Below are positions 7,989 through 18,005 of a DNA stretch of 64,000 bases, one piece after another. How positions within the stretch are numbered: the first letter of the stretch is position 1; each line of letters opens with the position of its first letter. The translations under genes and the position numbers were made by a program. The stretch spans positions 32,001-96,000 of the forward strand of contig CBDBIJ010000058.1 of the NCBI GenBank assembly GCA_965205655.1, written 5' to 3'. Origin of the DNA: Candidatus Latescibacterota bacterium (lineage in GTDB: Bacteria > Latescibacterota > UBA2968 > UBA8231). The notes under the pieces were generated by a model. That model saw only the letters and a list, made by a program, of their open reading frames with translations. It was not told the origin of the DNA and did no database searches.

Positions 7989-10240
7989 GTGAGTGGCTCG
8001 AGCTCTCCGTCCATGCGGAGGGGCAGTGGCTCTACTTTCTGGCGATCCCACCAGCGCTCGTTTTCGCGTATTTCGCCTACGCGAAAACGCAGCCCACCGT
8101 CTCGGCAGCCGTGCGCAGGTGGGTCTGGCTGGCGCGCTCCCTCGCCCTCGTCCTGCTCCTCCTGCTGATTGCCGAACCAGTGCTCGGATTGCTCGGCAAG
8201 CGAGCCGCGCTGCCAATCGTGCTCGCCCTCATCGATACCAGTCCGAGCATGGGTGTCGAAGGCGAGAGGGGTGTCAGCCGCCTCGATCGGCTCGTGGAGG
8301 CGCTTGACGGCGATCTGCGCCGGGCGTTGTCCCATTGCGCGGTCGAGGCCTGGGGGTTTTCCGAGGAGCCCTATCGCGTCTCTTTGGACACCCTCACCAG
8401 TTTGACAAGCCGAGGCTATGGCACGGACGTGACTCGTGCTCTAACGAACGCGCTCGAGGAATCTGCGGAGCGCAGAGACGTCGCCGCTATTCTGCTTTTT
8501 TCCGACGGTCGCCACAATCTCGGCGACGATCCCGTCCGGGCAGCCTCGCTGGCAGAGGTTCCGCTGTACGCCTTCGGAGTCGGCGGATCGGAGGAGCACT
8601 CCCACGATGTGAGGATCGCCTCCGTGGAGGTGCCTTCACCAGTCTACACAGGCCAATCCTTCGAGGTGCAGGCAGTCGTTCGCAGCCAGGGACAGCTCCC
8701 CTTCGGGCCGATCGAACTTCTCCTCTTCGAAGACGGCGAACAGCTCGGCCGGCGTCAACTGTCGCTCGATCCGGAGGGGGGGCCACAGAAGGTCGCATTC
8801 GAAGTGACGGCCCCGGCTCCAGGCCCCCATTTCTATCGCGTCGTTGCCTACCCACTCGATGGAGAGCAGTCTCGTGACAACAACCAGGCGCTCGCTCACG
8901 TCAGCGTCTTCGAGGAGCGCGCCCATGTGCGCATCGCAACGGCCGCTCCGAATGCCGACTTTTCTTTTCTGAGGCGGGCCTTGCTGGCCGATTCGACACT
9001 GGAGGTCTCCGAGTATGTGGCATCACCAGGCGCCCCTCGCGAACGATCGCAAGCCGCCGCGGACCTGTCCGCCGTAGATGTCATCGCCGTCGTCGATCCA
9101 AGCGCGGATTTCTTGAGCGACTCAGGACTCGGTCTTGCCGTGGACGAACACGTGCGGACCGGTGGCGGACTCCTATTCATCGGCGGCGTCAAAAGTGCGA
9201 GCTCCTGGCGGCCCGATTCGCCGCTTGCGGCGGCCCTCCCGTTCACGATGCCGACGAAAGCAGGACTCGCGGATGGCGAATCCCAGCTGGCCCTGTCTCC
9301 GGCGGGAAGAGATCATCCGGCGCTGCGCGTCAATCCCAACACAGCAGAGAGCGCGGTGGCCCCCGGCATACCGCTGAACGATCCCTGGAAACAGCTGCCG
9401 CCCCTTCCAGGCCGGCTCGCGGGGGTGCGTCCGCGCGAGGGGGCGATCGTACTGCTGAACGCGTCGGTGACCAGGTGGGCGGCCGCCTCGGGAAAACAGC
9501 CCGCTCCGGAGCCGATCGTCCTGGCGGGACGACACGGACACGGCAGGGTCATCGCCGCGGCCGCCGGAGGCTTCTGGCGCCTCGACCTCATGAGCGCGAG
9601 CGTCGGCGGGCCGTCACGCACCATTCGAGAGTTCTGGACCGCAGCGACGAAATGGCTGGCAACCCGAACTCCTCCAGGACGCGTCAAGGCGTCGACGGAG
9701 AAGTTCATTTACCGGGCCGCAGAGCCGGTCGGCGTCGTCGCCGAGGTTTTTGACGATCTCATGAGGCCCGAGACCACGGCCGATGTGGAAGTGCGAGTAT
9801 GGCAGTCTGGCAGTGAGGGGCATCAAGGTGTCGGATCGGGAAGGTCCCTCCGTCGAATTCTCGAGCCGCTGACGTCGGGCCGGTACCGCGCCGAGCTGCC
9901 GGGTATGGAGCCGGGAGAGTATTCCTACACGGTGGAGGCTCACGCGAGGCGACAGCTCGTCGGCAGTCACGAGGGCCGTTTTGTGGTGGAGGAACAAACA
10001 GTCGAATCGATCGACATGACTCCAGACGATCCGCAGCTCTCCGAGATCGCGCGGGCGAGTGGCGGCGAATACCGGCCCTACCGCGAATGGCGCGGTGTGG
10101 TGTCGGAGCTCAACACGCCGCCGCGCCTCATCGCAGACGAGAGGTCGATTGCGCTTTGGGGCAGGACGTCGCTTCTGACGCTGCTGATCTGTCTGCTCGC
10201 CGCCGAGTGGCTCGTTCGCAAGAGGGCCGGCATGCTATGA
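7985..10240 (+). CDS. Membrane protein with VWA (MIDAS) domain, Ig-like domain and GATase-like domain
   Basis: N-terminal TMs; DTSPSM MIDAS, GTD, LFSDG; GGGLLFIGG; C-terminal TM ending EWLVRKRAGML; ATGA overlap with tsaD. Confidence 0.75.
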   Translation: MSEWLELSVHAEGQWLYFLAIPPALVFAYFAYAKTQPTVSAAVRRWVWLARSLALVLLLLLIAEPVLGLLGKRAALPIVLALIDTSPSMGVEGERGVSRLDRLVEALDGDLRRALSHCAVEAWGFSEEPYRVSLDTLTSLTSRGYGTDVTRALTNALEESAERRDVAAILLFSDGRHNLGDDPVRAASLAEVPLYAFGVGGSEEHSHDVRIASVEVPSPVYTGQSFEVQAVVRSQGQLPFGPIELLLFEDGEQLGRRQLSLDPEGGPQKVAFEVTAPAPGPHFYRVVAYPLDGEQSRDNNQALAHVSVFEERAHVRIATAAPNADFSFLRRALLADSTLEVSEYVASPGAPRERSQAAADLSAVDVIAVVDPSADFLSDSGLGLAVDEHVRTGGGLLFIGGVKSASSWRPDSPLAAALPFTMPTKAGLADGESQLALSPAGRDHPALRVNPNTAESAVAPGIPLNDPWKQLPPLPGRLAGVRPREGAIVLLNASVTRWAAASGKQPAPEPIVLAGRHGHGRVIAAAAGGFWRLDLMSASVGGPSRTIREFWTAATKWLATRTPPGRVKASTEKFIYRAAEPVGVVAEVFDDLMRPETTADVEVRVWQSGSEGHQGVGSGRSLRRILEPLTSGRYRAELPGMEPGEYSYTVEAHARRQLVGSHEGRFVVEEQTVESIDMTPDDPQLSEIARASGGEYRPYREWRGVVSELNTPPRLIADERSIALWGRTSLLTLLICLLAAEWLVRKRAGML

Positions 10241-11130
10241 AGGCCGTCGTGCTGGGCTGTGCTCTACAGGGTTCATTGTTTCTCCCGGTTGCCCTCCATG
10301 GCACAACGGTCAGGGACAGCATCGACCTCTCCGAATCCGTCGTGCTCAACGAGGTCATGTACAATCCAATCGGACCAGAGTCGCACGATGAATTCATCGT
10401 GCTCGTCAACACCAGCCAGACGGAATGGCTCGACCTGACCGGATGGCGGCTGGGAGATGCAGACGAGCTGGATCAGCTGGAGGGAGCTGGTGACGGGCTA
10501 CTGCTGGCGCCGGGACAATTCGGTCTCGTTCTCGACGGCAGCTACTTCGGTCAATCTGCGACATACGATTCAATGCGGGGTAAGGCGGTTATGCTTACTA
10601 TTGATGACCGGGCATTCGGGCGGGCAGGCTGGTCCAACTCCAGCGCAGAGGTCGTGATCCTGTGCAATCCCCAGGGAGACACTCTCGACCAGTTCGCCTA
10701 CGAGCCGACCGGGAAGGCCGGCCTCTCGTGGGAGAGAGTCGATCTGACCGCCCAGCCAGGGCGCCCCAACTGGGCCCCCTCCCTGATAGTGGGAGGGACT
10801 CCCGGCGCTCCGAACAGCGTCGGCGAACTCACGGTCGGGCACGCGGAAATCGACGCTGAGCCAGATCCATTCTCGGAGGCGGTCGATATCGCTTTCAGCC
10901 TCCCTGGCGGCCCGGCTCTGGTCAGCATCTGGATGTACGACATCGAGGGTCAGCGCCTGCGGACCCTGCTCGAGGGCGAGGAAACCGGCCCGCGCGGGCA
11001 GGTGCGCTGGGACGGTGAGGACGGGGATGGAAGGGCGATTCTCGCAGGCATGTACATCGCCTACCTCGAGGCCGGTATCGGGGGCCGCGTGTTTCGGTCG
11101 AAGAGAGTGATCGTGCGACGGCTGCCCTGA
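10237..11130 (+). CDS. Lamin-tail-domain protein with C-terminal FlgD-Ig domain
   Basis: ATGA overlap start; VVLNEVMYNP...EFI.LVN...DLTGWRLGD...GTPGAPNS; PDPFS...YDIEGQRLRTL...WDGED.DG...GMYI. Confidence 0.8.
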   Translation: MKAVVLGCALQGSLFLPVALHGTTVRDSIDLSESVVLNEVMYNPIGPESHDEFIVLVNTSQTEWLDLTGWRLGDADELDQLEGAGDGLLLAPGQFGLVLDGSYFGQSATYDSMRGKAVMLTIDDRAFGRAGWSNSSAEVVILCNPQGDTLDQFAYEPTGKAGLSWERVDLTAQPGRPNWAPSLIVGGTPGAPNSVGELTVGHAEIDAEPDPFSEAVDIAFSLPGGPALVSIWMYDIEGQRLRTLLEGEETGPRGQVRWDGEDGDGRAILAGMYIAYLEAGIGGRVFRSKRVIVRRLP

Positions 11131-11272
11131 CGGGCGACGGCGCGCGATCCATGACCTGATTCGTCCCCGACACGCCAGACGGCTGACGCACCCATCCCCC
11201 CTTTGCTTCTTCCGACCGCCATCCTCTCGGCGGACCAACGTCCTCGCAGATCAGATAGGGAATCCGTACGCT

Positions 11273-13729
11273 ATGGTAAGGGCACCAATGTCTGCTGAAG
11301 TGGCACATCGGTTCGTCGCCAGCAGGAAGGGATCCCATATCACCGGTGTCGCCCTGGTGGCGCTGGGGGCCTTCCTCCTCATCAGTCTGGCGACCTACTC
11401 CAAATTCGATGCGCCGGGGTCGAGCGGGCTCGTTTCCAGCATGAACGCCACGGCTCACAAGACCTTCAACTGGGGCGGCAAAATCGGGGCGTACACCGCG
11501 TATGCCGCTTTTACCGCGGCGGGCTTCGCCGCTTTTCTCGCCCCAGCCCTCGCCCTCCTGTGGGGCTGGAATCGACTTCGTCAGAGGCCCTTCAGAAGAG
11601 ATGTCGTTCGCAGCGTCGGGCTCATCGGGCTCGCCACGCTGTGGTGCTTGGGATCGGGGCTGCCACCGTTCACCAAGTACACGGCCTTTGAGCTTGGCGG
11701 CTGGCTCGGAACGAAAACGGCGTCGCAGATCCTCATTCCGTACGCCGGCCGTATCGGCGCGGCCGTCGTCCTGGGGGCCCTCTTCATCGCGTCAGCGATG
11801 CTGTGCACGGAAGTGGATCCGCGCCGTGTTGGCAGGGCCATCTCGAATGCCGTGCGGGGCGTGGCGCGGATGTGGTTGAGGATCGGCGGCATCGGCCCGC
11901 GCTTGCATCGACAGGTGTTCGGCTTTCTGCGAAACAGACGACAGATCCGTGCGCCTGGGCGATCGCTGCCGGGCGGGGATGACGGGCGGTGGCCGCGAGT
12001 GCGGCATCGACCTGAAATGGCTCAATTGGACCCGGATCGGTCTTCGACTGATCATGACTTCCCCCCGGTGAGTGGCCCGCGGATCTCTCCGATTGCCGAC
12101 AGGATGGCCGGGACCTTTGATGACGAAACGCAGGAGGGAGAAGCTTCGTTCGCTCCCGATTCCGGGATCGAAGGGTCACACAAGCGCGTCACTGACCACG
12201 GGATCGTCGAATCGACGAGCCGAGGGCGCCGGGGCGTCGTAGGCAGCAGCAGCTACAAGATTCCGACCTCGAGCCTGCTGGACTCCACGCCGGGAGATGA
12301 CGGTTCGCACGAGCGAGACATCCTCGTGGAAAACGCGCGGGTACTGGAAGAGGCATTGAATGATTTCGACGTCGAGGGCAAGGTCGTCGAGGTGAGCCCC
12401 GGTCCGGTCGTGACCCGGTACGAGGTCGAGCCGGCGGCAGGTGTAAAGGTCAATCGCATCGTCACCCTTTCAGACGACCTGGCTCGGGTGATGAGCGCCC
12501 AGGGAATCCGCATCCAGGCCCCAGTTCCCGGCAAGTCCGTCGTCGGCGTGGAGATCGCCAATCGCGATAGCGATACCGTATACCTGCGCGAAATAGTGGA
12601 GTCATCAGCGTTCCGACGAGCCGACTGCGGCCTGCCCATGGCGCTGGGTAAAACGATCACCGGCGAGCCCTTTGTCGCCGACCTGGCGAAAATGCCCCAT
12701 CTGCTCGTTGCCGGGGCCACCGGCTCGGGAAAGAGCGTGTGCATCAACAGTCTCATAGCGAGCATCCTGTTCAAGGCCAGCCCTGAGCAGGTGCGCCTGC
12801 TCATGATCGATCCGAAGGTGGTGGAGTTGACGATGTACAACGACATCCCCCACCTGCTCGTCCCGGTGGTGACCGATCCGAAACGAGCCTCCGAAGCGCT
12901 CAAGTGGGCGGTTGCAGAGATGGAGTCGAGATATCAGCTCCTGGCCGAACTCGGCGTTCGCAATCTCACCGACTACAACGCCAAGGTCGAGAAAATGGAA
13001 GCCGACAGCGATCTCGAGGAGGAGGGGGACGGGCACAAGACCCTTCCCTGCATCGTCGTCGTCATCGACGAGTTCTCCGACCTGATGTTGACGGCACCGG
13101 CCGACGTGGAAACGTCCCTGATGAGTCTGGCTCAAAAGTCGAGGGCGGTGGGCATTCACATCATCCTGGCGACTCAGCGGCCTTCCGTCAACGTCATCAC
13201 CGGAGTGATCAAGGCCAATTTCCCGTCGCGTATCGCCTTTCAAGTGGCGTCTAAAACAGACTCGCGGACCATCCTGGACCTGAACGGCGCCGAACGGCTT
13301 CTGGGGAAGGGAGATATGCTCTTCTTGCCCAGTGGCCAGGGCGAGCCGATTCGGATTCATGGCGCTTTCATCTCCGGAGAGGAGACCGAGCGGCTCGTAG
13401 AGGCGATCAAAGAGACCAACTACCAGGCCGAGGAGGTTGCCGTGTTCCTTGGCCGTGCGGATATTCATTCGCCGCCGCAGGAGAGGGATTCCCTCTTCGA
13501 CGAGGCCGTAAAGGTGCTGGTCGAATATGGGCAAGCCTCGACTTCATTCCTGCAGCGCCGTATGAAAGTGGGATACTCCCGGGCTGCCCGCCTCATGGAT
13601 GAGCTGGAGGGAGCTGGCATCGTGGGGCCGGCCGAGGGGGCGAAACCCAGAGAGATTCTCATCGAAACCGAAGCCGGCGAAACGACTGCAGTCGACGAGG
13701 TTGCGCACGACATGGCAGGTGAGCGTTGA
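11273..13729 (+). CDS. ftsK: DNA translocase FtsK/SpoIIIE
   Basis: N-terminal TMs; PHLLVAGATGSGKS; LATQRPS; gamma domain SFLQRRMKVGYSRAARL. Start may be 11288. Confidence 0.96.
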   Translation: MVRAPMSAEVAHRFVASRKGSHITGVALVALGAFLLISLATYSKFDAPGSSGLVSSMNATAHKTFNWGGKIGAYTAYAAFTAAGFAAFLAPALALLWGWNRLRQRPFRRDVVRSVGLIGLATLWCLGSGLPPFTKYTAFELGGWLGTKTASQILIPYAGRIGAAVVLGALFIASAMLCTEVDPRRVGRAISNAVRGVARMWLRIGGIGPRLHRQVFGFLRNRRQIRAPGRSLPGGDDGRWPRVRHRPEMAQLDPDRSSTDHDFPPVSGPRISPIADRMAGTFDDETQEGEASFAPDSGIEGSHKRVTDHGIVESTSRGRRGVVGSSSYKIPTSSLLDSTPGDDGSHERDILVENARVLEEALNDFDVEGKVVEVSPGPVVTRYEVEPAAGVKVNRIVTLSDDLARVMSAQGIRIQAPVPGKSVVGVEIANRDSDTVYLREIVESSAFRRADCGLPMALGKTITGEPFVADLAKMPHLLVAGATGSGKSVCINSLIASILFKASPEQVRLLMIDPKVVELTMYNDIPHLLVPVVTDPKRASEALKWAVAEMESRYQLLAELGVRNLTDYNAKVEKMEADSDLEEEGDGHKTLPCIVVVIDEFSDLMLTAPADVETSLMSLAQKSRAVGIHIILATQRPSVNVITGVIKANFPSRIAFQVASKTDSRTILDLNGAERLLGKGDMLFLPSGQGEPIRIHGAFISGEETERLVEAIKETNYQAEEVAVFLGRADIHSPPQERDSLFDEAVKVLVEYGQASTSFLQRRMKVGYSRAARLMDELEGAGIVGPAEGAKPREILIETEAGETTAVDEVAHDMAGER

Positions 13730-14415
13730 GGTTGGGACCTCCAGCCCTCCTCGTCCTCGCCCTTTCAATCGCCTCCCTCTCCACGTCAGTGGCGGCGATC
13801 ACGGGCGCTGAGGTCATCGAGCGAATGCGGAAAAGCTTCGCCAAGTCGAAGACCTTCTCCGCGAAGTTCGAAAATCGCTTTTACTGGGCCGTGCTCGATA
13901 AGCAGCTGACTCGGGGAGGTCGAATTTTCACTCGCAAACCGGGCCAATTTCGGGTCGAGGTGGATGACGGCGATCTGGTGGTCTCGGACGGCAAAGCCAT
14001 CTGGGCCTACGGTTCGGAAAATGAACAGGTGGTAGTCACTCCCTCGACTGGAGATTTGAGAACGCCCTGGGAGATCCTCATCGAGTACTCCGAGGGTTTC
14101 GCGCCTGTAGCCGTGGAAGAAACGCGGTTGGAGGGGAGTGCCTCCTACGCCATCACTCTCGAGCCCCGACCCGGTGCACCCTACCTGGCCGCGGGCGGCC
14201 GGGTAGTGAGGATGAAGATTTGGGTCGACAAGAAGCGCTGGCACCTGCTACAAGCAGAGCAGCTGGAGTCGAATGACGACGTGCGGACCTACATCCTGAC
14301 CGAGCACAAGACGAACAAGAAGCTCGATGACGCTCTCTTCTCGTTCGTGCCCCCCGAGGGCGTGGAGGTGATCGACCGCAGGGCCTTCGTCGAAGAGCCC
14401 GCGCTCGATGACTGA
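13726..14415 (+). CDS. lolA: Outer-membrane lipoprotein chaperone LolA family
   Basis: Signal peptide; KPGQFR, VVSDGKAIW.Y, FSFVPPEGVEVID; conserved position after ftsK. Confidence 0.85.
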   Translation: MRLGPPALLVLALSIASLSTSVAAITGAEVIERMRKSFAKSKTFSAKFENRFYWAVLDKQLTRGGRIFTRKPGQFRVEVDDGDLVVSDGKAIWAYGSENEQVVVTPSTGDLRTPWEILIEYSEGFAPVAVEETRLEGSASYAITLEPRPGAPYLAAGGRVVRMKIWVDKKRWHLLQAEQLESNDDVRTYILTEHKTNKKLDDALFSFVPPEGVEVIDRRAFVEEPALDD

Positions 14416-16237
14416 CCCGCCTCTACGGGTATCAGCTCTTTCCCTCACTCGCAACGGACTAGTCCTCACGGTGGCGAGCCCCCATTACCTCGCATTCGTC
14501 CTGCCCCTGCTCAGCGTCTTCGAATTGAGCGCGCAACCTTTTTCCCCCACTCCAACGGATCGGGGCGTCTGGGTCTTCCTGGGCGATAAGCCGGACGCGC
14601 ACGGCCTTCACCGTGTCGTCTGGCCGGAGCTCCAGGAACTGAAAGTGTCGCCCGATCTGGATCTGCCGCTCGACCCAGAATTCGTGCGCGAAATCGAAGG
14701 CCTCGTCTCCAAGGTCCGCGCCACCTCGCGGTGGCTGAATGCGGTGTCGGTGCAGGCGACTCCCGAGCAAGTAAAGCAGCTGACCGCCCTGTCCTTCGTT
14801 CGACACACACAGCCGGTGGGACGGTTGACGCACCCTCCGACGACGGCCCTCGATCCAGTCGAGGCACCCTCGTCAAAAGCGGTCACAGCAGTCCAGGAGG
14901 ACTATGGACCCTCTTTCGATCAGCTGTCTACCATCGGCGTGACCATGCTACACGGGAGCGGCTTTCGAGGACAGGGAATCAGAATCGGCCTGCTCGACAG
15001 CGGCTTCAACTACCGCGACCACTTTGCGTTCTCGCGGCTGCAGGTCGTGGCGGAGCGGGACTTCATCAACGCGGACGACGACGCATCCGACGAGGAGTCC
15101 GAACCGGTAACCGGAGACGAAACCGAGCTGGTTCCATTCGGGAACATCGAGACCGGTCAGAATCACCACGGGACGCGGGTGCTTTCCCTGCTCGGCGGCT
15201 ACGCGTCCGGCCGACTCATCGGCGTAGCCCACGAGGCGGAATACATTCTGGCCAAGACGGAGGAAGTGGAGCGGGAGCTGTCCGCCGAAGAAGACCGGTG
15301 GATCGCCGGTTTGGAGTGGATCGTCGACGAGGGGGCACAGGTCGTAAACTCCTCCCTTGGGTGGACGGAATTCGATGACGGCGTCGGCTACAGTCAGGGC
15401 GATCTGGACGGCGCAACGGCCCCGGCAACCATCGCCGCAGAAATCGCCGTGGCCAGGGGAGTCGTCGTGGTCGTATCGGCGGGCAACGAGGGTGCCGGGG
15501 CATGGCGCTACGTCACCGTTCCCGCCGACGGCCCCGGCGTCATCGCCGTCGGCTCGGTAGGGGTGCTCAACAACAGGATCGACCCGAACAGCTCGCGCGG
15601 ACCGACAGCGGACGGTCGCATCAAGCCGGATGTGGTGGCTCCGGGTAAGAGCGTCGTCACCACCACCGGTCGGTCGGCCTCGCGAAACTCCGAGCGACGA
15701 GAGACCTTCGCATTGGAGGAGTACGAGCGAATCAGCGGCACATCCTTCGCGGCGCCGCTCGTGAGTGGAGTGTGCGCCCTGCTCTTGCAGATACATCCAA
15801 CCTGGACACCCGAGCAGATAGCCGAGGCCCTCCGCACCACTGCGGCCGATCTGGGAACAGCGGGGCCGGACACGATCTATGGATGGGGTCTGGTGGACGC
15901 GGCGGCCGCCAGCGACCTTTCCTTCGACATCCCCACTGCGAGCGCGGGTCGAGCCCCGTTCCCCAATCCGGTGATCGTCCATGCCACCGGCGCCAGCGTC
16001 TTCTTTCCCATCCAGCTGGCTGCCAGCGACTTCGTGTCCGCCCACATCTACGACCTGGCGGGAAATTTGGTAGATGAGATCGAGGAGATTCAATTCGAGG
16101 CGGGGATACACGAGAGTCCGGATCGAGCGCTGCGATGGGAGGTCCCTACAGGCATCGCCTCCGGGCTGTACTACTACCGCCTGTTCGGGTCCACCCTCAG
16201 CCAGACCGGCACACTCGCCGTATTGAGACGGTCGTGA
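14408..16237 (+). CDS. Subtilisin-like S8 serine protease with C-terminal sorting-like domain
   Basis: Catalytic triad motifs GLLDSG, HHGTRV, SGTSFAAP; SAGNEG; C-terminal PFPNP...IYDLAG...SGLYYY. Start uncertain. Confidence 0.92.
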   Translation: MTDPPLRVSALSLTRNGLVLTVASPHYLAFVLPLLSVFELSAQPFSPTPTDRGVWVFLGDKPDAHGLHRVVWPELQELKVSPDLDLPLDPEFVREIEGLVSKVRATSRWLNAVSVQATPEQVKQLTALSFVRHTQPVGRLTHPPTTALDPVEAPSSKAVTAVQEDYGPSFDQLSTIGVTMLHGSGFRGQGIRIGLLDSGFNYRDHFAFSRLQVVAERDFINADDDASDEESEPVTGDETELVPFGNIETGQNHHGTRVLSLLGGYASGRLIGVAHEAEYILAKTEEVERELSAEEDRWIAGLEWIVDEGAQVVNSSLGWTEFDDGVGYSQGDLDGATAPATIAAEIAVARGVVVVVSAGNEGAGAWRYVTVPADGPGVIAVGSVGVLNNRIDPNSSRGPTADGRIKPDVVAPGKSVVTTTGRSASRNSERRETFALEEYERISGTSFAAPLVSGVCALLLQIHPTWTPEQIAEALRTTAADLGTAGPDTIYGWGLVDAAAASDLSFDIPTASAGRAPFPNPVIVHATGASVFFPIQLAASDFVSAHIYDLAGNLVDEIEEIQFEAGIHESPDRALRWEVPTGIASGLYYYRLFGSTLSQTGTLAVLRRS

Positions 16238-16249
16238 GGTCGCGCCGGG

Positions 16250-16885
16250 ATGATGATCACCGACAAAGAGACGAGCAGCGTCCAGTCATCCATCCGCGGG
16301 GGCCGGGACGGCCGTCGATCCAGGCTGCGGGTGCTGAACCGAATCGTGTTTATGGGATGCGCCGTATTCATCCCGCTCTATATCGGCATACGGCTCACCG
16401 GGGGCTCGGCGGAAAAGCTCAACGAGCTGCCCGATCTGCTCGACCGCGTCAAGACCCCCATTCTTTGGGAGGTGCCCGCAGACGGCCTACGCTACCTTCA
16501 CTTCCATCACGGCGAGGCGCGCCAGGATCACAAGTTCGTCCTCGTGCGCCTGCGGATGCAGGCCCGCATGAAGATCGCGTATCCGATCGTGCCGCACTGC
16601 TTCAGGCTACTGGCCGACGACGGCAGTCTTCATTTTCCGCTATCGCGCTCGCCCCTGTTCATCGACAAAGGCACAAATGAATTCTACCTCGATCGCGACG
16701 ACTCCTTTGAAGGTGAGCTGCTGTTCGAGATTCCGCAGTCGCTGGATGCGGAGCGGCTGCTGTTCGATCGCTACGTGAGGAGCGGGGAGGAAGGTGAGAG
16801 CGGGACCGAAAGCACGGACGCTGGCCTGGGCGAAACCCGCGGAACAGGCGGCGCGAAGCTCGGTTCCGACACATCAACACACTAA
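16250..16885 (+). CDS. Membrane-anchored hypothetical protein (DUF4352-like Ig fold)
   Basis: One TM then KFVLVRL...FRLLADDG...FEGELLFEIP pattern; operon position. Confidence 0.55.
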   Translation: MMITDKETSSVQSSIRGGRDGRRSRLRVLNRIVFMGCAVFIPLYIGIRLTGGSAEKLNELPDLLDRVKTPILWEVPADGLRYLHFHHGEARQDHKFVLVRLRMQARMKIAYPIVPHCFRLLADDGSLHFPLSRSPLFIDKGTNEFYLDRDDSFEGELLFEIPQSLDAERLLFDRYVRSGEEGESGTESTDAGLGETRGTGGAKLGSDTSTH

Positions 16886-16898
16886 CGGGGAGTTTGAC

Positions 16899-17997
16899 AT
16901 GCCCACACTCGCAGAGACCATCGTCGACTACCAGCAGCGACTCGAACGCGTCCGGGGGTATCTTTGACGTCGATGGAAAAAAGCAGGAGCTGACGTCGCT
17001 CGAACAGCGGATGGGCCAGCCAGATTTCTGGAACGACCGCCAACAGGCCGAGGTGATTTCTCGCCGGGCAGGACAGCTGAAGGAGAGAGTCGGCCAGTGG
17101 TCGGATCTGCAGCGACAGCTCGACGACCTGACCGAGTTGCACGCCATGGCCGTCGAGGAGAGTGACGAGTCAGCGCTGGAGGACCTGGAGTCGGAGGCGG
17201 CCGACATGGGCGCCGAGATCGAAACGCTCGAGCTGCGCAACATGCTCGACGAGGAGGATGACGACAAGAACGCCATCCTCGAGATCCACGCCGGGGCGGG
17301 AGGCACAGAAGCAGCGGACTGGGCCGAAATGCTTATGAGGCTTTACGTCCGATGGATGGAGCGCAACGGATTTCAGAGCCAGGTGATGGATCTGCAGGCC
17401 GGCGAAGAGGCGGGGATCAAGGGGGCAACCATCGGAGTAACCGGCCCCTACGCCTACGGCTACCTCAAGGCCGAGGCGGGGGTCCACCGACTCGTACGCA
17501 TTTCCCCCTTCGACGCGAACAAGCGACGGCACACATCCTTCGCATCCGTTTTCGCCTACCCCGAGGTGGAAGATGTCCCGGACCTGGAGCTCAAAGACGA
17601 GGACCTGCAAATAGAAACGTTCCGGGCCGGCGGCGCCGGGGGACAGCACGTGAACAAGACCTCCTCCGCGGTGCGTATCACACACATCCCGACGCAGATT
17701 ACGGTCCAATGCCAGAACGAGCGGTCTCAATTCAAGAACAAGTCGACGGCCCTGAAAGTTCTGCGGGCGCGAGTGTATCAATTTCATAAGGACGAGGAGC
17801 AGAAAAAGCTTGATGAGGTGCAGAGCTCGAAGAAAAGCATCGACTTCGGCAGCCAGATGCGCTCCTATGTCTTCCACCCCTACAACAAGGTCAAGGATCA
17901 CCGCACCGGCCACGAGACCAGCAACGTGCAGGCGGTGATGGATGGCGATATCGAGAGTTTTATCAAGGCCTATCTCACCGAGGCCAAGACGAGCTGA
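16899..17997 (+). CDS. prfB: Peptide chain release factor 2, translated via programmed +1 frameshift at CTT-TGA-C (16962-16968)
   Basis: ATG 16899 gives MPTLAETIVDYQQRLERVRGYL-stop; internal SD-like GGGGG-TAT-CTT-TGA-C; +1 frame has SPF and GGQ motifs. Confidence 0.97.
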
Positions 17998-18005
17998 CTC
18001 GCCCT

